Part shown: positions 28,630-39,265 of the stretch, piece by piece
How the letters are laid out: each line of letters opens with the position of its first letter
Position numbering within the stretch: position 1 is the stretch's first letter
Assembly: GCA_964424335.1 (NCBI GenBank)
Contig: CAYRIY010000004.1
Coordinates: forward strand, 9,068-73,067
DNA length: 64,000 bases
Direction: 5' to 3'
Origin: an uncultured Clostridia bacterium
GTDB lineage: Bacteria; Bacillota; Limnochordia; DTU080; RSA5
Position numbers and translations under genes: made by a program
The notes under the pieces: model-generated
Database searches by the model: none
Told to the model about the DNA's origin: nothing
The model's input: only the letters and a program-made list of their open reading frames with translations

Positions 28630-29285
28630 GCGCTTCAGAGGAGGTCATTCGCCTCGGGCGAAAAGCGGACGCAAGCGATCCGCTCAAAGTCGGCGTCCTC
28701 GTCTCGGGCAGAGGGTCCAACATGGAAGCGATCATCGACAGCGCAAAGTTGGGCGAAATCCCGGTTTCCGTCGAAATCGTCCTCTCCGATCGGGAGGATG
28801 CGCCCGCGCTCGAGAAAGCGGCAAGGCGAGGCATCCCGGCGCGAGGGTTTCGCTGCCCGCCGCCGGGACCGGAGCGCGATGCGTTCTACGATCGAGTGCT
28901 CGAGGCGCTGCGCTCGCACGGAGTCGAAATGATCGCGCTTGCAGGGTACATGCGCATCTTACCCGCCGCCGTCCTCGAGGCATACCCTCATCGGATCCTC
29001 AACATCCACCCCTCGTTGCTCCCGTCATTTCCGGGCTTGCATCCGCATCGCCAAGCGCTCGAGCACGGCGTCAAGGTATCGGGTTGCACCGTGCACTTAG
29101 TCGACGGCGGGGTCGATACGGGGCCCATCATTTTGCAAGAGAGCGTGCCGGTGCTCGAGACCGACGACGAAGAGAGCTTGGCCGCGCGGATTCTTGCCGT
29201 TGAGCACAGGCTTTACCCCAAGGCGCTCGGCCGCTTGGCGTCGGGACGGCTGGCATTGTCCGGGCGCCGGGTGATCGAAGCGTAA
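28626..29285 (+). CDS. purN: GAR formyltransferase
   Basis: VGVLVSGRGSNMEAII...NIHPSLLP...VSGCTVHLVD formyltransferase motifs. Confidence 0.85.
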   Translation: MSASEEVIRLGRKADASDPLKVGVLVSGRGSNMEAIIDSAKLGEIPVSVEIVLSDREDAPALEKAARRGIPARGFRCPPPGPERDAFYDRVLEALRSHGVEMIALAGYMRILPAAVLEAYPHRILNIHPSLLPSFPGLHPHRQALEHGVKVSGCTVHLVDGGVDTGPIILQESVPVLETDDEESLAARILAVEHRLYPKALGRLASGRLALSGRRVIEA

Positions 29286-29315
29286 CTCTGTTACTTTGGA
29301 GGCAGGCGTTTCATC

Positions 29316-29915
29316 TTGATCAAGCGAGCAATCTTGAGCGTGTTCGACAAGACGGGCATCACCGAGTTTGCGAAGGCGCTCGCCCGACACGGCGTCGAGA
29401 TCATCTCGACCGGCGGAACGTATCGCACCCTCGAAGAGGCGGGCGTCCCCGTTACATACATCAGCGACGTAACAGGCTTTCCCGAGATTCTGGGCGGCCG
29501 CGTGAAGACGCTCCATCCAAGAATTCACGGGGGCATTCTCGCGCGCAGGCAGATTCCTTCGGACCAAAGCGACCTCGAAAAGATCGGAGCGCAAGGGATC
29601 GATCTCGTCGCCGTAAACCTTTATCCGTTCGAAGAGACGATAAGAAAACCCGGGGTGAGCGTGTCCGAGGTCCTGGAGAATATCGACATCGGGGGCCCGA
29701 CGATGGTGCGGGCTGCCGCCAAAAACTATCCGGATGTAGTCGTCGTGGTTCGGCCTGATCGTTACCCGGAAATTGTCGAGCGACTCGACCAAGGCAATCC
29801 GATCGATTTGGCGACTCGAGAGGTGCTCGCCAAAGAGGCGTTTGCCCATACGGCCGCGTACGACGCGGCGATCGCCCGGTGGTTTTCAAGGCGCGGGGAA
29901 GGAGAGGCGACTTGA
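29316..29915 (+). CDS. purH: IMP cyclohydrolase domain of PurH only (MGS-like, ~199 aa); the AICAR formyltransferase domain is absent
   Basis: [15 protein letters not shown]...[20 protein letters not shown]...[10 protein letters not shown] aligns with PurH residues ~1-200. The stop at 29913-15 is followed two nt later by the purD start. Confidence 0.75.
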   Translation: MIKRAILSVFDKTGITEFAKALARHGVEIISTGGTYRTLEEAGVPVTYISDVTGFPEILGGRVKTLHPRIHGGILARRQIPSDQSDLEKIGAQGIDLVAVNLYPFEETIRKPGVSVSEVLENIDIGGPTMVRAAAKNYPDVVVVVRPDRYPEIVERLDQGNPIDLATREVLAKEAFAHTAAYDAAIARWFSRRGEGEAT

Positions 29916-29916
29916 C

Positions 29917-31197
29917 GTGAAGGTCCTTGTAGTAGGAAGTGGAGGGCGTGAGCACGCCCTTGCCTGGAAGCTCGCGCAAAGCCCAACCGTCGCCAAAGTG
30001 ATCTGCCAAAGCGGCAATCCGGGCATGCGCTCCGTGGCCGAGTGTCTTCCTGAGCCGGAGGGCGGGATCGAAGAGATCGCAGCGTGGGCAGCGCAGGAGC
30101 GCGTCGACCTTGCGGTCGTGGGCCCGGAAGCATACCTGGACCTCGGCCTCGTGGACGCCTTCGAACGTCGGGGCGTAAAGGCCGTGGGACCCACGAGGAG
30201 CGCGGCCATGCTGGAAAGCAGCAAGAGCTTTGCCAAGGAATTGATGGCCAAAGCACAGATTCCGACCGCGCAGTTTGTTGTGTGCGACGCGCCCGAAGCG
30301 GCCCGCAAGGCGGCGCGGCGTTTCGGCGCTCCGGTCGTCGTGAAAGCCGAGGGACTTGCCGCAGGCAAGGGCGTCACCGTCGCGTTCACCCTCGAGGAGG
30401 CCGATCGAGCGATCAGCCAAGCGATGGAGGAGCGCATTTTCGGGGACGCGGGGCGGCGCGTCGTCATCGAAGAGTTTTTGCGCGGCGAAGAGGCGAGTGT
30501 CCTCGCGTTCGTCGACGGCGAGCGCGTGATGCCGATGCCCGCCGCTCAGGACCACAAGGCCATCGGGGAGGGGGACACGGGTCCCAACACCGGGGGCATG
30601 GGCGCTTATTCGCCTGCGCCGATCATCACGCCCGACCTCGAAGCGCGCGTGGTGCGTGAGATTTTGGAACCTGTCGTGCAGGCGATGGCCAGCGAGGGCC
30701 GCCCTTATCGCGGCGTGCTTTACGCAGGCCTCATGGTCACGAACGATGGCCCAAAGGTGGTCGAGTTCAACTGCCGGTTCGGAGACCCGGAGGCCCAGGC
30801 CGTTTTGCCGCGCCTAAGGTCCGATCTGGTGGAGCCGCTCATGGCCACTGTCGAAGGGCGGCTTGACGAAGTGACGCTGGAATGGGACGAGCGGGCCTGC
30901 GTCTGTGTCGTGCTCGCCTCCGGAGGGTACCCGTCCCGCTACGAAACAGGGTTTCCCATCGAAGGCCTCGCTGAAGCCGAAGCGATCGAGGACGTCATGG
31001 TGTTTCACGCAGGCACGCGCGCCGAGGGCGATGCGATCCTCACCGACGGCGGGCGCGTGCTCGGCGTGACGGCGCTCGGCGAGACGCTCGCCCAGGCGAC
31101 CGAAACGGCCTACTTGGCGGCTGACAAGATTCGTTTCCAAGACAAGTACTTGCGGCGAGACATCGCATGGCGAGCCCTGGAACGGTTAAACCAATAA
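29917..31197 (+). CDS. purD: GAR synthetase (ATP-grasp)
   Basis: The GTG at 29917 is preceded by GAAGGAGAG. VKVLVVGSGGREHALAWKL is the classic PurD N-terminus. Confidence 0.9.
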   Translation: MKVLVVGSGGREHALAWKLAQSPTVAKVICQSGNPGMRSVAECLPEPEGGIEEIAAWAAQERVDLAVVGPEAYLDLGLVDAFERRGVKAVGPTRSAAMLESSKSFAKELMAKAQIPTAQFVVCDAPEAARKAARRFGAPVVVKAEGLAAGKGVTVAFTLEEADRAISQAMEERIFGDAGRRVVIEEFLRGEEASVLAFVDGERVMPMPAAQDHKAIGEGDTGPNTGGMGAYSPAPIITPDLEARVVREILEPVVQAMASEGRPYRGVLYAGLMVTNDGPKVVEFNCRFGDPEAQAVLPRLRSDLVEPLMATVEGRLDEVTLEWDERACVCVVLASGGYPSRYETGFPIEGLAEAEAIEDVMVFHAGTRAEGDAILTDGGRVLGVTALGETLAQATETAYLAADKIRFQDKYLRRDIAWRALERLNQ

Positions 31198-31261
31198 GCA
31201 TATAACCGGAGCGGGCACTCGGCCAATTTGCGGCCAATTTGTAAGTGGCCGATCGCCCGCG

Positions 31262-33073
31262 CTAGCCCTGTTTCAACCGCTGGGCGAGCCCCTCGTCAGG
31301 TGTGACGTAGACGGTCTTGTGGTTATCGTAAATGACCATGCCAGGCCTTGCGCCGCGGGGTTTTCGCACATGGCGACACAAGGTGTAGTCGACCGGAACG
31401 TTGCTCGAGTGCCTCGCCTTGCTGTGCAGCGCTGCGAGCATCGCCGCCTCTTTGATGGTAACCTCCGAAACCTCGGCCCCCTTGGAAAAGACGACGACGT
31501 GCGCCCCGGGGATCTCTTTCGTGTGGAGCCAAAGGTCGTTTGGGCGGGCTAGGTGGAGGGTGAGTCGATCGTTTTGCTTGTTGTTGCGGCCAACGGCGAT
31601 CTCAAACCCTTCAGATGAACGCCAGCGAAGCGGCTCCGGGGCCGCGCCGGCGCGCTTTTTTCCCCGCTGCTCGGTTTGTTCGCTCGCATACCCTTCCTTG
31701 ACGAGTTCGTCGTAGACCTCTTCGAGGTCCGCCACCGTCCGGGCGAGGTCGAGGGAGCTTTCCACCGAATCGAGGTACGCAAGCTCCGATTCCGAGTGGC
31801 GGAGTTGCTCCGCTGCTTTCTCGAGCGTCTTTTTTGCCCTTTGATATCGCCTGTAGTAACTTTGCGCGTTGTCCGACGCCGTGAGCCGGGGATCGAGCTC
31901 GACCGTCACGGGAGGGGCATCGGTGTCGAAATCGTCGAGTTCGATGCTTGTTTGACCGGGCGGCAGGCCGCGCAAGAGATAAAGGTTGGCGGTGAGCAGG
32001 TCTCCGGCCTTGCGAAACTTTTCGGCCTCACCTGCTTCCTTGATCGACGCTCGCTGCCGATCCATCTTCTTTTCGATACGAGCGCGGTTTTGGCGCAAGG
32101 CGCTCTCGATCTTTTGCGTGAGGGATCGCATCGCCTCTTCTTCGTCGACGGCCTCAAAATGGCGGTCGAGGAGTTGTTGGGCGCTATTGTACGATGCGCC
32201 GTCGCCCTTGCCTACCACACTTGGAAAACACCAAAACTCGGGCTTTCCGCCCAGCATGAATCGGGAGGGCTCGCTTCGGCCCGCGTCGATCGCGATGACG
32301 AGTTCACGGATGACGTCCCACAGAGAACGCATATCATTCTCGGTTAGCTCGGCCCTCGTTTTTTCAGGCTCGACACCGGCCCTAAGCGCCGCCTCTCGAG
32401 CCGCGAAGGGACTTAGGCCCATCACCGCACGTTGGACGGCCCGATCGACGCTCGTCTGCACGCCCATGTGCCTGATCGCATCCTCGAACGCTTCGAACGT
32501 CGCGGCGCGGGGATCAAGCTTGTCTTGCGGCGGGGGAGGAACATAAGGACGACCCGGTACGATCTCACGGTACGCATTCGCATCACCATGGATCCGCTTT
32601 AGCGCGTCGATCACAACGCCTTCGCCTGGATCGATAAGGAGCAGGTTGCTGTGGCGGCCCATCACTTCAGCCGTAAGGATGCGCTCCACCCGCCCGCCGT
32701 GGGAACCGTACCCTTCGATCACGATCTGGAGCACGCGCTCAAACGGCGGTTGGCGCACGTCCACGATGCGGCCGGGAATCAGGTGCTTTCGGAGCAATAG
32801 ACAAAAGGCCGGCGGTGAGATCGGATTTTCAAAGGCGCGCGCCGTCAAATGGATTCTGGCCGCCGCCGGGTGGGTGGAGATGAGTAGGTGGAGCGTCTCT
32901 CCGGGCTTTCGCAGTCCGAGGAGAACATCCGTGCTCTTAGGTTGGTGCACGCTTTGAATGCGGGCGTTGATCAGCTCTTTGGAGAGCTCCGCCGCTACGG
33001 CGGTGAAAAAGAACCCGTCGATGGGCACATTCGTCCCCACTTTCATATAAGAGATTCCGGCGCGTTCTTGCAA
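31262..33073 (-). CDS. rqcH: RqcH / fibronectin-binding protein A family (NFACT-N, coiled coil, NFACT-R; YloA homolog)
   Basis: 603 aa with a central coiled coil and C-terminal ...FEIAVGRNNKQNDRLT...WLHTKEIPGAHVV (NFACT-R). Confidence 0.8.
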   Translation of the reverse strand: MQERAGISYMKVGTNVPIDGFFFTAVAAELSKELINARIQSVHQPKSTDVLLGLRKPGETLHLLISTHPAAARIHLTARAFENPISPPAFCLLLRKHLIPGRIVDVRQPPFERVLQIVIEGYGSHGGRVERILTAEVMGRHSNLLLIDPGEGVVIDALKRIHGDANAYREIVPGRPYVPPPPQDKLDPRAATFEAFEDAIRHMGVQTSVDRAVQRAVMGLSPFAAREAALRAGVEPEKTRAELTENDMRSLWDVIRELVIAIDAGRSEPSRFMLGGKPEFWCFPSVVGKGDGASYNSAQQLLDRHFEAVDEEEAMRSLTQKIESALRQNRARIEKKMDRQRASIKEAGEAEKFRKAGDLLTANLYLLRGLPPGQTSIELDDFDTDAPPVTVELDPRLTASDNAQSYYRRYQRAKKTLEKAAEQLRHSESELAYLDSVESSLDLARTVADLEEVYDELVKEGYASEQTEQRGKKRAGAAPEPLRWRSSEGFEIAVGRNNKQNDRLTLHLARPNDLWLHTKEIPGAHVVVFSKGAEVSEVTIKEAAMLAALHSKARHSSNVPVDYTLCRHVRKPRGARPGMVIYDNHKTVYVTPDEGLAQRLKQG

Positions 33074-33162
33074 GGCGAGCGCCCACCGGGCTTGTTTTCT
33101 ATTATGAAGCTTTTTAAAGGCGGGAAGGATGCGAACGAGCGCGCAGAGAAAACTCCTTACCC

Positions 33163-34074
33163 ATGGCTATAAAAGCAGAGGTGCGCAACGTGAAGCGATC
33201 GAGGCAATCCCCTAAAGCCCTCGGAGCACGCTCCAAAGCGGCGATAGCCGTCATCGCTCTCATATTCTTCTTGCGTTTTGTCCCTTCCTTTTCTCCTTTC
33301 CTCCTCGCTAAAGGAGCCTTTGACCTTTCCGTCCCGTTTCGATACATAAGCATCGGCTGGGTGGACTGGGCCGCCGTTCAGTTGCAGGAGATGTCCGAAC
33401 AAACCGCGCCGGATGAGGAGTTGCTTGCAGTGCTCGGGCTCGCACACGAATCGCTCGGCGATTACGACGAGGCCCTCGCAGCGTACGAAAGGATCGCCCT
33501 GAGTTACGCGGACGATCCACTTGCCGTGAGCCGGGCAAAAGCCCTTGCAGCCAATGTATACTTGCGACAAGGGCACATCGAGGCGGCGCGCGAGCGCTTC
33601 TTGGAATCAAACCGCCTAAATCCCGATCAGGCGTTCGTTACGTTCAACCTCGGCATCCTCGCCGAGTCGGATGGCGACTTGAGCGCCGCCCTCGAATGGT
33701 TTGAACGCTCGATGCAAGCATCGCCGCAATGGGTTGATCCGGCCGTGCGAGCGGGCGCGGTGTACAATCGCTTGGGCGACCCTGTCGCGGCGGTTACCCT
33801 CCTTCGCCCGCACGAGGCCGGCGCGAGCCGACTCGTGGACCTACACCTGCAGATTTCCACCGCGTATGCCGCCTTGGCGCAAGCAAGCGCCAGGGGCGAG
33901 CTCGACGAGCAGCAGCTCGGCGCCCTCGAATCAGTGGGAATCGTCGGAGACGACATCACCGTCGTCCTCTCGGACCTCGCGCTCCACGCGCTCGACCGGA
34001 CGCGTCAACTCGATCCACAGCATCGAGGTCTTGCCGACCTCGAACGCCTCATCGACCGATTGCCCATCCGCTAG
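33163..34074 (+). CDS. TPR-repeat protein with an N-terminal hydrophobic anchor
   Basis: Repeated A..Y......P TPR-like helices (LGDYDEALAAYERIAL..., GDLSAALEWFERSMQASP). The exact start is uncertain. Confidence 0.5.
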   Translation: MAIKAEVRNVKRSRQSPKALGARSKAAIAVIALIFFLRFVPSFSPFLLAKGAFDLSVPFRYISIGWVDWAAVQLQEMSEQTAPDEELLAVLGLAHESLGDYDEALAAYERIALSYADDPLAVSRAKALAANVYLRQGHIEAARERFLESNRLNPDQAFVTFNLGILAESDGDLSAALEWFERSMQASPQWVDPAVRAGAVYNRLGDPVAAVTLLRPHEAGASRLVDLHLQISTAYAALAQASARGELDEQQLGALESVGIVGDDITVVLSDLALHALDRTRQLDPQHRGLADLERLIDRLPIR

Positions 34075-34133
34075 ATCGTGTCAAGATGCTCGAACCCATA
34101 AGTATGGATTCGCCGTTCGTCTCATACGGATAG

Positions 34134-36941
34134 GTGATGGCAGGCAGGCTGTCGCTTTGGCCTGCATCATCTTTCGAAGACGACGGGGTGAAACAAACGT
34201 CGATGCCGAATCCATGGCACTCTCTCACGCTGGAACAAGCTCTCTCGAAGGCGCACGTCTCGTCCACCCGTGGACTGAGCGACCAGGAGGCGGCGAAGCG
34301 CCTTCGGACCTACGGTCCAAACAGGCTCGAAGAGCGCTCCGGCCCAAGCCCGCTCGCCTTGCTCTTCAAGCAGTTCACCGACTTTATGGTCGTCGTGCTC
34401 ATTGCGGCGGCCATCATCTCATTCTTGCTCGGTGAGCGAATCGATGCGACCGCGATCCTCGCGATCGTCGCGCTCAACGCGCTGTTCGGATTTTTCCAGG
34501 AGTACAAAGCGGAACGCTCTCTTTCGGCGCTAAGGGAGATGACCGCGCCACAGACGACCGTGAAAAGGAACGGCAAACTCAAGGTCTTAAAGGCGACAGA
34601 GCTTGTTCCAGGAGACATCATCCACCTCAAAGAGGGCGATCGGATCCCCGCGGACGCGCGCCTTTTGGCTCAGTCGTCCCTTGCCGTCGACGAAAGCGCG
34701 CTGACCGGCGAGTCGGTCCCCGTCCGCAAGGATGCGACATGGGTCGGAGACCCTAAGACAGAGCTCGCCGAGCGACGAAACATGCTCTATATGGGAACCA
34801 GTGTCGCGCGGGGGCGGGCTGAAGCCGTCGTCGTCGCCACAGGGATGAACACGGAGATCGGAGATATCGCCGCCCTCATCAAGGATGTCGGAGACGAGCA
34901 GACGCCGCTTCAACGGCGCCTCGAGCAACTGGGTCGATGGCTGGTCGTTGCCTGCCTGGCGATCGTCGGGCTCGTCTTTGCTGCCGGGCTGTTGCAGGGG
35001 TTGCCGTTTTACAGCATGTTCCTGACGGGGGTCAGCCTTGCCGTAGCCGCGATTCCAGAGGGACTTCCTGCCGTGGTGACGGTCGCTTTAGCCCTTGGCG
35101 TACAAAAGATGATCCGCCGCAACGCGATCGTGCGCAAACTGCCGGCGGTGGAGACGCTTGGGTGCGCGACCGTCATTTGTTCCGACAAGACGGGAACGCT
35201 CACCCAAAACCAGATGACGGTGACCCGGATCGTACTGCCGACGTCCGAGATCGAGGTGACAGGCAACGGCTATGACGTCGATGGCCGATTCCTGGCTGAC
35301 GGCAAGGAGATCGATCCCGACCCGAACTCAGACCTCGGGATGGCGCTGTTGATTCAAGGGCTCTGCAACGACGCGACCGTCATCGAGGCTCGCCGTGGCA
35401 AGAGCGCCGTCCAAATTTCCGGCGATCCGACGGAAGCCGCGCTCCTCGTGTGCGCATACAAGGGCGGGCCGGCCGTGCGGGCAGCGATCAAGGGCGCTGA
35501 GCGTTTAGGCGAACTTCCATTCGACTCGGATCGCAAGCGAATGAGTGTCGTTGCCCGGGTGGGCGACTCGCGGCTTGTACTCGTGAAAGGGGCTCCGGAT
35601 GTCATCCTCGCGCGCTGCACGCACGTTCGCCGGATGGGGCGGGTGGCGCCGATGAGCCCTGCCGACCGCGGGCACGCGCTCAAGGCAGCGGAGCGTTGCG
35701 CCGATGGAGCTTTGCGCGTCCTGGCGCTCGCGTACAGGGAGGCGAAGCCAGGCGACGAGCGAGCGGGGGAGCGGGACGTGGGGGACGATCGGGTCGAAAG
35801 CGACCTCGTCTTCGTGGGATTGTCGGCAATGATGGATCCGCCGCGCCCCGAGGTCGCACGGGCCATCTTTCTCGCGAAGCGAGCGGGAATCGAAACAAAG
35901 GTCGTGACGGGGGATCATCCAAAAACTGCCGAGGCGATCGCCGCTAAGCTGGGGCTTGGACGGACACGGGCGATTACCGGTCGGGAGCTCGACGAGATGA
36001 GCGACGAGGAAATGGACAGGGCGGTCCGGGAGGGAACGGTCTTTGCCCGCGTCTCGCCAAGGCACAAGTTGCGGATCGTACGGGCGTTGAAAAAGCAAGG
36101 AGAGGTCGTCGCGATGACGGGCGACGGCGTAAACGACGCTCCCGCCGTGAAGGAGGCGGACATCGGCGTTGCGATGGGCAAGTCGGGCACGGACGTGACC
36201 CGGGAGGCATCCTCCATGGTGCTCGCGGACGACAACTTCGCGACGATCGTCTCGGCGATCGAAGAAGGGCGCGGCATATACGACAACGTCAGGAAGTTCA
36301 TTCGATACCTGCTCGCCTGTAACACGGGAGAAGTGTTGGCCATGTTTTTTGCCGCCTTACTCGGATGGCCGCTCCCGCTGCTGCCGATTCAGATACTTTG
36401 GGTCAACCTCGTCACAGACGGGTTGCCCGCAATTGCACTCGGCGTCGATCCCACCGACAAGCTGGCGATGGCGCGGCCGCCGCGCCGACCAAGCGAGGGT
36501 GTGTTTACCCGGGGCCTCCACATCAAGATCGCCGTGCGGGGGTGTCTGATCGCCGTATGCACGATCGTCGCATTTGCCGTGGGCATCATGATCGGTCCGC
36601 AGGGCGATGCAAACATCGCTTACGCGCGGACGCTCGCGTTTTGCACGCTGGTGGCATCGCAGCTCATTTACGTATTTCAATGCCGCTCGGAGTACAAGTC
36701 GCTCCCGGAAATCGGCATATTCGGGAATAAGTGGCTTGTCCTCGCCGTAGCCGCATCCTTTGGCATGCAGCTTGCGGCCGTCTACTGGCAGCCTGCCGCA
36801 GCCATTTTTGAGACGGTCCCCCTTTCGGGCCTCGACTGGATCATTGTGTTTGCGCTATCCGGTTGGTCACAGGCGCTCGAATCGACGCTCATCACCCTAC
36901 GAAGGGCCGTATTGAAAAGGATATCGCTCCTTCGCGTCTAA
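34134..36941 (+). CDS. P-type Ca2+-transporting ATPase (SERCA-like, YloB homolog)
   Basis: Phosphorylation site DKTGTLT, hinge [10 protein letters not shown], ten TM segments. The true start is probably the internal M at ~34203 ([14 protein letters not shown]). Confidence 0.85.
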   Translation: MMAGRLSLWPASSFEDDGVKQTSMPNPWHSLTLEQALSKAHVSSTRGLSDQEAAKRLRTYGPNRLEERSGPSPLALLFKQFTDFMVVVLIAAAIISFLLGERIDATAILAIVALNALFGFFQEYKAERSLSALREMTAPQTTVKRNGKLKVLKATELVPGDIIHLKEGDRIPADARLLAQSSLAVDESALTGESVPVRKDATWVGDPKTELAERRNMLYMGTSVARGRAEAVVVATGMNTEIGDIAALIKDVGDEQTPLQRRLEQLGRWLVVACLAIVGLVFAAGLLQGLPFYSMFLTGVSLAVAAIPEGLPAVVTVALALGVQKMIRRNAIVRKLPAVETLGCATVICSDKTGTLTQNQMTVTRIVLPTSEIEVTGNGYDVDGRFLADGKEIDPDPNSDLGMALLIQGLCNDATVIEARRGKSAVQISGDPTEAALLVCAYKGGPAVRAAIKGAERLGELPFDSDRKRMSVVARVGDSRLVLVKGAPDVILARCTHVRRMGRVAPMSPADRGHALKAAERCADGALRVLALAYREAKPGDERAGERDVGDDRVESDLVFVGLSAMMDPPRPEVARAIFLAKRAGIETKVVTGDHPKTAEAIAAKLGLGRTRAITGRELDEMSDEEMDRAVREGTVFARVSPRHKLRIVRALKKQGEVVAMTGDGVNDAPAVKEADIGVAMGKSGTDVTREASSMVLADDNFATIVSAIEEGRGIYDNVRKFIRYLLACNTGEVLAMFFAALLGWPLPLLPIQILWVNLVTDGLPAIALGVDPTDKLAMARPPRRPSEGVFTRGLHIKIAVRGCLIAVCTIVAFAVGIMIGPQGDANIAYARTLAFCTLVASQLIYVFQCRSEYKSLPEIGIFGNKWLVLAVAASFGMQLAAVYWQPAAAIFETVPLSGLDWIIVFALSGWSQALESTLITLRRAVLKRISLLRV

Positions 36942-37058
36942 GCTGCAGTTCGTAAGGGGAATCTTCAGTCGATTCGGGACCCTGATTCGCGAGGCGATGT
37001 TGAGGGGCCGCGCCGGTCCGTGTAAAACGCCCCGTAGACTGCTTGGAGTTGACGATTC

Positions 37059-37934
37059 GTGCTCGTGAGTATGACAGGCTTCGGCAGCGCTGCCGTATCC
37101 GATGCCGATTACAGCGTAAAAGTAGAAGTGCGGTCCGTGAACCACCGGTACTGCGAAATCGCCGTTCGGGCGCCCAAGGGGTATCAGGCGGTCGAAGACG
37201 GAATCCGCCGCTTAGCAGGGGAGTTTGTGGAGCGGGGAAGGACGGAAATTTTCGTTTCAGTAGAGGAATTTCATGGCAGGGAGAGAACGGTCAGGTTAGA
37301 TAAGGGACTGCTCGAAGGGTATCGGCACGCCTTTCGTGAGGCGGGCGAGGCGCTCGGCTTAGGTGGGTCGCTTACCTTGGACATGCTCCCGGCGATCGAG
37401 GGCGTTTTCCTTGTCGAAGAGGCCGAGGTCGATTTGGACGCCGTTTGGCCCCTCATCGAGAGCGCGGTGCGAGAGGCGCTAGGTGGGCTCCAAGCGATGC
37501 GATCGGCCGAGGGGAAAAGGCTCGAGGAGGACATGTTGCTTCGACTGCTTCACGTCGAGTCTCTCTTGGGATCGATTTCGAGGAGATCGCCCGAAGTGGT
37601 CGAATCTTACCGGAAGCGCCTGACTGAGCGGACCCAGCAGATGCTCTCGCAAGGCATCGACGAACAACGCATCGCACAAGAAGTTGCACTCTTTGCAGAT
37701 AAATCTAACATTGACGAAGAGATCACGCGGGCCAGAAGCCACATCGAGGAGTTCCGATCCGCCTGCAACCTCGGAGGGGCCGTCGGACGAAAACTCGACT
37801 TCCTGCTGCAGGAGCTAAACCGCGAAATCAACACGATTGGGTCCAAAGCCCAAGACGGCGAGATCGCGAAGCTGGTAGTCGATGTCAAAGCCGAGCTGGA
37901 GAAAATCCGAGAACAGGCCCAAAACATTCAGTAA
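37059..37934 (+). CDS. yicC: YicC-family stress-induced protein (YloC homolog)
   Basis: N-terminal MTGFG and C-terminal DUF1732 region (EELNREINTIGSKAQ). Confidence 0.8.
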   Translation: MLVSMTGFGSAAVSDADYSVKVEVRSVNHRYCEIAVRAPKGYQAVEDGIRRLAGEFVERGRTEIFVSVEEFHGRERTVRLDKGLLEGYRHAFREAGEALGLGGSLTLDMLPAIEGVFLVEEAEVDLDAVWPLIESAVREALGGLQAMRSAEGKRLEEDMLLRLLHVESLLGSISRRSPEVVESYRKRLTERTQQMLSQGIDEQRIAQEVALFADKSNIDEEITRARSHIEEFRSACNLGGAVGRKLDFLLQELNREINTIGSKAQDGEIAKLVVDVKAELEKIREQAQNIQ

Positions 37935-37958
37935 TCATTATTAGGAGGTGACCGGAAG

Positions 37959-38267
37959 ATGGCGTTGCCCAAGCTGACTCCAGACGAGAAGATGCGGGCG
38001 CTCCAAAAGGCCCAGGAAATGAGGACCAAGCGAGCCGAAGTTCGCGAGCAGCTCAAAAAAGGCAAGATCAGCTTGAAAGAGGTCCTCGAAAACTCGGAAG
38101 ATGAGGTTGTCGGTCGGATGCGAGTGGCATACCTCTTGCAGTCCTTGCCCCAAGTCGGCAAGGTTACGAGTCAAAAGATCATGAGCGAGATCGGCATTCA
38201 CGAAAGCCGACGCGTCCAAGGTCTTGGAAAGCGACAAATCGGGCTGCTACTCGAGAAGCTTGGTTGA
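37959..38267 (+). CDS. Actinobacterial-type integration host factor (mIHF/sIHF-like nucleoid-associated protein)
   Basis: [11 protein letters not shown]...[13 protein letters not shown]...[19 protein letters not shown]...[19 protein letters not shown] closely parallels mycobacterial mIHF (recalled from memory). The RBS AGGAGG lies 8 nt upstream. Confidence 0.6.
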   Translation: MALPKLTPDEKMRALQKAQEMRTKRAEVREQLKKGKISLKEVLENSEDEVVGRMRVAYLLQSLPQVGKVTSQKIMSEIGIHESRRVQGLGKRQIGLLLEKLG

Positions 38268-38328
38268 TGGCCGTAGAGCGTCAATAGATGTGGGGCCCGG
38301 ATCGCGAATGGGAAGAAGTGCGAACCCC

Positions 38329-38598
38329 ATGGACATCAAGCTGATCAACATTGGTTTTGGCAACATCGTTACAGCAAATCGCATCGTCGCAATCGTCAGT
38401 CCCGAGTCCGCTCCCATCAAAAGGATCATACAAGAAGCGAGGGAGCGGGGAATGTTGATCGATGCCACGTACGGTCGGCGCACGCGAGCAGTCATCGTTT
38501 GCGATTCGGACCACGTCATCCTTTCGGCCGTTCAACCGGAGACTGTCGCTCACCGCGTTGCAAATCGGGAAAGTGGAGCCGTTGACGCAAGTTCGTGA
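38329..38598 (+). CDS. remA: RemA (DUF370) extracellular-matrix regulatory protein
   Basis: [76 protein letters not shown] is near-identical in pattern to B. subtilis RemA. Confidence 0.8.
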   Translation: MDIKLINIGFGNIVTANRIVAIVSPESAPIKRIIQEARERGMLIDATYGRRTRAVIVCDSDHVILSAVQPETVAHRVANRESGAVDASS

Positions 38599-39223
38599 AT
38601 CACTGTTCAACAAGGGTCGGGGAAGTCACTTTTGGCCGGTAAATCGGCGAGGCTTTCTCATCGTATTGAGCGGTCCATCGGGCGCAGGCAAGAACAGCCT
38701 CTTGGCAAAGGTCTTGCCGCGTGTCCCCGACCTGAAGTATTCTGTTAGTGCAACCACAAGACCGCCGCGCCCCGGCGAAATCGATGGAGTCGACTACTTC
38801 TTTGTGGGAGAGACTGAGTTTCAGCGGATGGTCGACCAGGGCGACTTGCTCGAGTGGGCCGAGTTTGCAGGCTACCGCTACGGCACCCCGCGAAGGTTCG
38901 TCTTGGAGTCGATCGAAAAGGGACTCACCGTCATCACCGACATCGATATTCAAGGCGCGCGGCAGATCAAGCAAAATCTCCCTGAAGGCGTCTTCGTGTT
39001 TTTGTTGCCGCCGTCCGAGTCCGAGCTCAGAAAGCGGTTACAAGGGCGCGGCACGGACAGCGACGACGCCATTCGGCGCAGGATGAAGATCGCCGAAGAG
39101 GAGATCAAGGCAGTCGTCGACTACGACTACTGGATCATGAACGAGGACTTGGACGAGGCGTCCGACGTCCTACTTGCCATCATCAAGGCAGAACAGAGCA
39201 AAGTGCGGCGCGCCGACTTTTAG
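38582..39223 (+). CDS. gmk: Guanylate kinase
   Basis: [13 protein letters not shown]-loop and ...[26 protein letters not shown]. The start (TTG at 38582 or CTG at 38603) is uncertain; the tracked ORF from 38462 is over-extended into remA. Confidence 0.75.
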   Translation: MTQVRESLFNKGRGSHFWPVNRRGFLIVLSGPSGAGKNSLLAKVLPRVPDLKYSVSATTRPPRPGEIDGVDYFFVGETEFQRMVDQGDLLEWAEFAGYRYGTPRRFVLESIEKGLTVITDIDIQGARQIKQNLPEGVFVFLLPPSESELRKRLQGRGTDSDDAIRRRMKIAEEEIKAVVDYDYWIMNEDLDEASDVLLAIIKAEQSKVRRADF

Positions 39224-39265
39224 CGGCCTTGCGCGGGCGCTTTGGGAGGATTGAAGAACAGAGCG

